Virus record (IMG/VR): IMGVR_UViG_3300038829_000258
Coordinates: 1 to 39,665 of that record
Origin: a virus
Taxonomy: Duplodnaviria; Caudoviricetes
DNA: 39,665 bases
Direction: 5' to 3' (one strand)
Below the pieces are notes generated by a model. It made no database searches. It had not been told where the DNA came from and saw only the letters and a list, made by a program, of their open reading frames with translations. Position 1 is the first letter of the stretch. Each line of letters opens with the position of its first letter. Positions 35,470 through 39,665 of this stretch are shown here, piece by piece. The position numbers were made by a program, and so were the translations under genes.

Positions 35470-35966
35470 AGTACTCGCTCCACCGCGACAGCATCCAGTC
35501 CGGGCACCTGCTCGCGTGGACGCACCGCTCGTGGGCGAGCTGGTACGACATCCAGATCCAGCTCGTGCGGACCTTCACGCAGAGCGAGTACTGCCACGTC
35601 GGCGTCGCTTGGCGCGCGGCGGGCCGCGTGTTCGTGCTTGAGGCCGTGCAGACCGGGATCCGCATCTTCCCGCTGTCGCGGCTGCTGCCCTGCTACTGGC
35701 TGCCGATCGCGGGCAAGTGGGAGTCCGAGGTCGAGGCCTGGGCCATGGAGCAGGTCGGCGAGCCGTACTCGAAGTGGCAGTGCATCCTCGCCGGGCTCGG
35801 GCTGCTCAAGCCTGGCGTGGACAACATCTGGCAGTGCGCCGAGTTCGCGCAGGAAGTCGCCATGCGCTACGGCGTGCCGCTCGCCTGCAACCCCACCCCG
35901 GCCGCGGTGGTGAACGCCGCGCTCGCCGAAGTGGACCTCACCCTGCTCACGAAGGACGACCGATGA
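35466..35966 (+). CDS. Permuted papain-like NlpC/P60 (YiiX/YebB-like) protein
   Basis: IQSGHLLAW, TQSEYCHVGV (His), VLEAV, GEPYS, WQCAEF (Cys). Confidence 0.72.
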   Translation: MKYSLHRDSIQSGHLLAWTHRSWASWYDIQIQLVRTFTQSEYCHVGVAWRAAGRVFVLEAVQTGIRIFPLSRLLPCYWLPIAGKWESEVEAWAMEQVGEPYSKWQCILAGLGLLKPGVDNIWQCAEFAQEVAMRYGVPLACNPTPAAVVNAALAEVDLTLLTKDDR

Positions 35967-36274
35967 AAATCGCCGCCGCGCTGGTCGCGTTCTTCTTCCT
36001 CTGGCTGCCGTTCTCGGTGACGGCGCTGGTGGCGATCGTGGTGTCGCTCCTCGCCATCCTGCAGTTCAACGTGCCCTACGCCAAGGATCTGCTGCGCGCC
36101 ATGGACCGGCTCGGCGCCGCGGTGTTCGGCTGGGGCGGCCGGTACAGCGTGAGCGCGGAGTGCGGCTCCAGGCGCTCGGGCTGCGTGTTCTGCCGCGTCG
36201 CCTGCGCGCTCCTCAACCTGGTCCAGCCCGGACATTGCAAGGGCGCGGCCGATCACGAAGGGCTCAAACCATGA
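35963..36274 (+). CDS. Phage membrane protein
   Basis: N-terminal TM; AMDRLGAAVFG...SVSAECG...C..L....PGHC motif. Confidence 0.6.
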   Translation: MKIAAALVAFFFLWLPFSVTALVAIVVSLLAILQFNVPYAKDLLRAMDRLGAAVFGWGGRYSVSAECGSRRSGCVFCRVACALLNLVQPGHCKGAADHEGLKP

Positions 36275-36750
36275 AAGTCGCCAACCGCCACATGCTGTAC
36301 GCCGAAGGCCTCGCCGGGTGGTTCGCCGCCTCGGGCGGGATCTCGGTCTGGCTCTCCAAGGGCATGCTGTGGAGCGTGTTCGCGGAGCGCAGCGCGTCCG
36401 GCGCCTACGCGGCCGGGCTGGGCATCCCGCTGATCCTCTTCGGCCTGGCGCTGATGGCCGTGTGCACGTGGGAGCTGATCTCCGGGCGGGAGTGGAGCGA
36501 GCCGCAGCTCCTCTTCGGCTCGCGCGTGCGGGAGTATCTCAACCTGGCTCTGTGCCTCGCGCACGCCGCCTTGCTCGTGGCGCTGATTCAGGTGTCCGCG
36601 CTATGGGAGGCGCCGGCGGTGACGATTAACACGGTGGGCCTGATCGTCGTATTCGCCTTTGCCACGATCAAGGCGCGGCGCCTGTGCTACGCGCTCGATC
36701 CCCGCTATCCGACCCAGCGCCTGCGGCAAGAGATCCCGAGGTCCCTGTGA
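36271..36750 (+). CDS. Multi-pass membrane protein (about 4 TM)
   Basis: Four hydrophobic segments; ATGA coupling. Confidence 0.6.
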   Translation: MKVANRHMLYAEGLAGWFAASGGISVWLSKGMLWSVFAERSASGAYAAGLGIPLILFGLALMAVCTWELISGREWSEPQLLFGSRVREYLNLALCLAHAALLVALIQVSALWEAPAVTINTVGLIVVFAFATIKARRLCYALDPRYPTQRLRQEIPRSL

Positions 36751-37142
36751 TCGTGGAGCAAAAGACTCTGCTGTACGGCATCGCCGGCGCCACCGCTGGC
36801 ACGCTCGCGGAGATCGCCGGCTGGGGCGTGGTCGTTGTGATCGTGAGCCTCTTCGGCTGGGCGGTGTCCTCGCTCGACCAGCTCGCCGGCTGGACCGACG
36901 ACGCGACGCGGCTGACGAAGCTCTCCATCGTCAAGGGCGTCTTCGCCAGCATCGCCGCGGCGGCCCTGGTGGTACTGCTCGGGCACTGGCAAGGCTGGCA
37001 TCCCCTCGTGAACGTCGTGGCCGCCTTCCTCGGCGGCATGTCGGGCGACAAGCTCCTGCGCCCGATGGCCGACGGCATGATCGCGCGCCTGCAGCTCGCG
37101 CTCGACGCCGTGTTCGGCTCGAAGAAACCGCCGACCGGCTGA
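36747..37142 (+). CDS. Putative holin
   Basis: About 3 TM, AFLGGMSG motif, basic C-terminus, upstream of the endolysin. Confidence 0.55.
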   Translation: MIVEQKTLLYGIAGATAGTLAEIAGWGVVVVIVSLFGWAVSSLDQLAGWTDDATRLTKLSIVKGVFASIAAAALVVLLGHWQGWHPLVNVVAAFLGGMSGDKLLRPMADGMIARLQLALDAVFGSKKPPTG

Positions 37143-37477
37143 TGGTCCCGCGAGATCCGTACACGCCCTGGAAGCTGTGGGCGGCGCTAGCGGCTGTCCT
37201 GATCGCGCTGCCGATGGCCTGCAGCCAGGCGCACGCCGCGCCCGTGCTCGAGACTCGTTTAAACGATCGCGTCCACATCACGCTCCACAACGACGCCTGC
37301 ACCATCGAAGCGGTGCGCGGCGGCGAGTACCTGCGCGCGGCGTGGGTGGAGGACGGCAAGCTCGTCGAAGGCTGCTGGGCCTACATCGCGGCGGCCGGCG
37401 TCGTCGTCTTCTACTTCGCCGACTTCACGATCGGCGCGATCCCCGGCCGGCAATTCCACAAGGTGGTGGAGTCGTGA
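37142..37477 (+). CDS. Exported hypothetical protein
   Basis: Signal peptide ending AHA-A; C...EGCW motif. Confidence 0.6.
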   Translation: MVPRDPYTPWKLWAALAAVLIALPMACSQAHAAPVLETRLNDRVHITLHNDACTIEAVRGGEYLRAAWVEDGKLVEGCWAYIAAAGVVVFYFADFTIGAIPGRQFHKVVES

Positions 37478-37968
37478 TCCTCACGCCGGAGATGTACTGG
37501 ATGGGGCGCGACGTGCAGTACGCGCACGAGCTGACCAACGAGATCCGCGACAACGCCGCGGACTGGCTCGGCAAGGCCAACCTGCTGCTCGCCTTCGCCG
37601 AGGCCGATGGCGTCGAACCCGGCATCGACCAGGTGACGCACACGCCGATCGCCAGCGGCTGGCGCCCGCTCGGCGTGAACTCGCGCACGTCCAACGCCGC
37701 GACGCTCTCCCCGCACATCAAGGGCAACGGCGGCGACCTGCAGGACCAGCTCAGCCGCGCGCTCGCCGCCTGGTGCCTCGCCAACGGCGACGCCCTCAAG
37801 CAGGTCGGCCTGTGGATGGAGCGTCCGCAGTGGACGTGCGGCAAGAACAACGACGACCCGTGGGTGCACTGGCAGCGCGTTCCGCCGAGATCCGGCAAGA
37901 GGTTCTTCATCCCTAGCACCGCGCCGGCCGGCTGCGCGCCGATGCCGGGCGAGCTGGAGGTTGCATGA
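37474..37968 (+). CDS. Endolysin, peptidase M15 family
   Basis: SGWRP..VN, SPH..G...D (Zn ligands), WVHWQ. Confidence 0.78.
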   Translation: MILTPEMYWMGRDVQYAHELTNEIRDNAADWLGKANLLLAFAEADGVEPGIDQVTHTPIASGWRPLGVNSRTSNAATLSPHIKGNGGDLQDQLSRALAAWCLANGDALKQVGLWMERPQWTCGKNNDDPWVHWQRVPPRSGKRFFIPSTAPAGCAPMPGELEVA

Positions 37969-38408
37969 CGGTAGACCAGCGCACCGACCACGACTGCGTA
38001 TTCGTATGCCTTGCGATGGTGCTGGGGTTGACGTACGAGCAGGCGGCTGCGCGCGCCGGCGCGGCGTTCATGGAGATCCTGCAGGTGCAAGGGTGCACGG
38101 GCGTGATGGAGGACGCACTGTACGCCGCATTCGGGCTCAAGAAGGACGTGGACTACGTGGAGCGCGTCTACTCACCGCACTGGGGCACGGTTGGCGGAAT
38201 CAAGAACATGCTGTGGGGCCGTCGCGCGATGGTGACCGTCCGCAGCAAGAACATCCCGGACGGGTGGTACATGCTCTACTGGGACGGCGAGAAGGTCTAC
38301 GACCCGAGCCGGAAGAAGCGCTACGAAAGTTGGGATGAGGTCGAGCCGGTGGAGATGGTCCTCTTCCACCACCACCAGCGCCCGATCGGAGCACCGCCGT
38401 GCCAATGA
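37965..38408 (+). CDS. Peptidase C39-like protein
   Basis: QRTDHDC...CLAMVLG..YE and YWDG.KVYDP; the expected His appears to be Tyr. Confidence 0.55.
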   Translation: MTVDQRTDHDCVFVCLAMVLGLTYEQAAARAGAAFMEILQVQGCTGVMEDALYAAFGLKKDVDYVERVYSPHWGTVGGIKNMLWGRRAMVTVRSKNIPDGWYMLYWDGEKVYDPSRKKRYESWDEVEPVEMVLFHHHQRPIGAPPCQ

Positions 38409-38716
38409 CTCGGCTCAGCGCGATCCTCGCCGAGGCCTCGCCCGGGTACATGGCGCTGAAGGGCAAGACGCTGGCGCATTGGTGCCCTGGCTGTGACTCG
38501 CTCCACGTCATCAACGTGGAGAAGCCGAACCACTGCAATGCACTGTGGACGTGGGACGGCAATGTGGAGCAACCGACCTTCAGCCCGTCGATCAACATCG
38601 TCGGCGTGTGCCACTACTTCATCAAGGCGGGGCAGATCGAATTCTGCTCCGACAGCCGCCACGCGCTGGCCGGGCAGACCGTGCCGCTGCCGGAGCTCAC
38701 CGAGGACATGCTATGA
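38405..38716 (+). CDS. DUF6527-like metal-binding protein
   Basis: HWCPGC..H, WTWDGN...PTFSPSI, CHYFI..G.IEFC.D..H.LAGQTV.LP. Confidence 0.65.
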   Translation: MTRLSAILAEASPGYMALKGKTLAHWCPGCDSLHVINVEKPNHCNALWTWDGNVEQPTFSPSINIVGVCHYFIKAGQIEFCSDSRHALAGQTVPLPELTEDML

Positions 38717-39297
38717 AAACGAACGATCGCGGCTTTGCCCTGATGGAGCTGGGCATCGTGCTCGGCATTCTGCTCGCGCTCGGCGCGCTGCTGTACGGCG
38801 TGACGAGCTACCTGGAGCACGTCGAGACGGAGGCTCGCGCTGCGGAGCGCAAGGCGGTGCTGCTGGAGGTCGCCGATCGCGACAACAAGAAGCTCGCCGC
38901 CGCCCTCGCGCGGGTGAAGGAACTCGAGGCCGCGGCTCGCGGCGAGGAGCAGCGCAAGCAATCCGCCGTCAATGCGGCGGTCACGGTACACGCCAAGGAG
39001 AAAGCCGATGTCGAAGAAAAGCATGATCGTCTTGTCGCTCGCCTGCGCAATGGCGACTTCGGCCTGCGTGACGCCGGCGCCGAAGGTGGGGGCCGGTGCC
39101 CCGGAAGTGGTGAGCGTGGAGGGGCCGCGGTTGCCGGCGATCCCGCCGGAGGTCCTGGACGAGTCGAAGGAAGAGAGCTTTTCCGACAAGATGGAGAATT
39201 TCTTGTCGCGGAAGCCCGCCGCGCGGACCTCAAACTGAAGGCGCTGCAGCTCTGCCGCGCCACCCTCAAGGCCGAGCGCGCGCCGCCAGGCGGTTGA
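38713..39297 (+). CDS. i-spanin (Rz-like)
   Basis: N-terminal TM, coiled coil, LRNG..GLR, EARRAD...LQ.C; contains a nested lipoprotein ORF. Confidence 0.78.
   Translation: MKTNDRGFALMELGIVLGILLALGALLYGVTSYLEHVETEARAAERKAVLLEVADRDNKKLAAALARVKELEAAARGEEQRKQSAVNAAVTVHAKEKADVEEKHDRLVARLRNGDFGLRDAGAEGGGRCPGSGERGGAAVAGDPAGGPGRVEGRELFRQDGEFLVAEARRADLKLKALQLCRATLKAERAPPGG
39008..39238 (+). CDS. o-spanin lipoprotein (Rz1-like), nested in the +1 frame
   Basis: SD AAGGAG; signal MSKKSMIVLSLACAMATSA-C lipobox; Pro-rich PRLPAIPPEVL. Confidence 0.78.
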   Translation: MSKKSMIVLSLACAMATSACVTPAPKVGAGAPEVVSVEGPRLPAIPPEVLDESKEESFSDKMENFLSRKPAARTSN

Positions 39298-39363
39298 GGG
39301 TTGACCTGGCGGCGATGGAAGCGCAGAATCGCGGCATCTAAAGTCCGCCTTGCCCGCTGTACC

Positions 39364-39399
39364 CGAAGCCCCGCTCTCCTGATCGGGGCTTCGTCTTTT
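39364..39399 (+). terminator. Intrinsic terminator after the lysis genes
   Basis: CGAAGCCCCG / CGGGGCTTCG stem followed by TCTTTT; lies between convergent genes. Confidence 0.7.
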
Positions 39400-39665
39400 C
39401 AGGCGAGCCAGTCCGGGATCGGCTGGCCGGTCTTGATCAGGTACAGCTCGAACAGGCCCGGGTGCATGCGGCGGCCGTTCGCTCCCGAGTCTTCGTAGGC
39501 CTGCCAGGAGCGCAGCGTGCCGCGAATGCGCGCGGCGGCATCGCTCTGCGTTTCCTTCGCTACCTCGCGCGCGGCGATCACGTCGGCCGCGCGCGGCTCG
39601 CGCTTCGCGCCTGGCTGGCGGCTGCGGTTCGGATGGTTGGCCACGCTGGCGATATTAGCAGCCAT
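39399..39665 (-). CDS. Small XRE-type HTH protein
   Basis: AAREVAKETQSDAAARIRGTLRSWQAYE....RRMHPGLFELYL. Confidence 0.7.
   Translation of the reverse strand: MAANIASVANHPNRSRQPGAKREPRAADVIAAREVAKETQSDAAARIRGTLRSWQAYEDSGANGRRMHPGLFELYLIKTGQPIPDWLA

Larger units (their letters stand above)
1..39665. mobile_element. Temperate siphovirus/prophage (lambdoid organisation, HK97-type head), near complete; att sites not visible in window
   Basis: Ordered integrase-xis, immunity, replication, Q, packaging, head, tail and lysis modules; no host housekeeping genes seen. Confidence 0.95.

Noticed and set aside
1-39665. attL/attR direct repeats and tRNA genes
   Set aside because: None recognised; the window starts at the int stop and ends at a start codon, so att sites probably lie outside

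Overview
This window is an apparently near-complete, GC-rich temperate siphovirus or prophage with a lambdoid layout and an HK97-type head. The host is probably a betaproteobacterium, inferred from gene families only. From left to right it carries: tyrosine integrase and excisionase; a long leftward early operon; a cI/cro switch with visible promoters and 15-bp operators; a CII-like gene and small HTH genes; a primase-polymerase/helicase followed by a long inverted repeat (likely origin); a Q-like antiterminator; HNH, terminases, portal, protease and capsid; head-tail and tail genes with a -1 frameshift chaperone; tape measure; tail tip/fiber; a lysis region (holin, M15 endolysin, nested spanins); and a final HTH gene. 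The most notable feature is a phage-encoded PRTRC-type ubiquitin-like conjugation cassette (Ubl, F-like, E2-like, JAB, E1/ThiF, plus a coupled HExxH protease) in the early-left operon, where lambdoid phages normally carry recombination genes. Its Ubl does not end at the usual C-terminal Gly but runs on into a zinc finger. Other oddities are a strongly over-represented palindrome CGTTTAAACG, a methyltransferase/transferase fusion with a structured leader in the head module, a capsid protein with a hydrophobic N-terminal leader, and a spanin with a prepilin-like N-terminus. All family calls come from motif recognition by eye; no searches were run.
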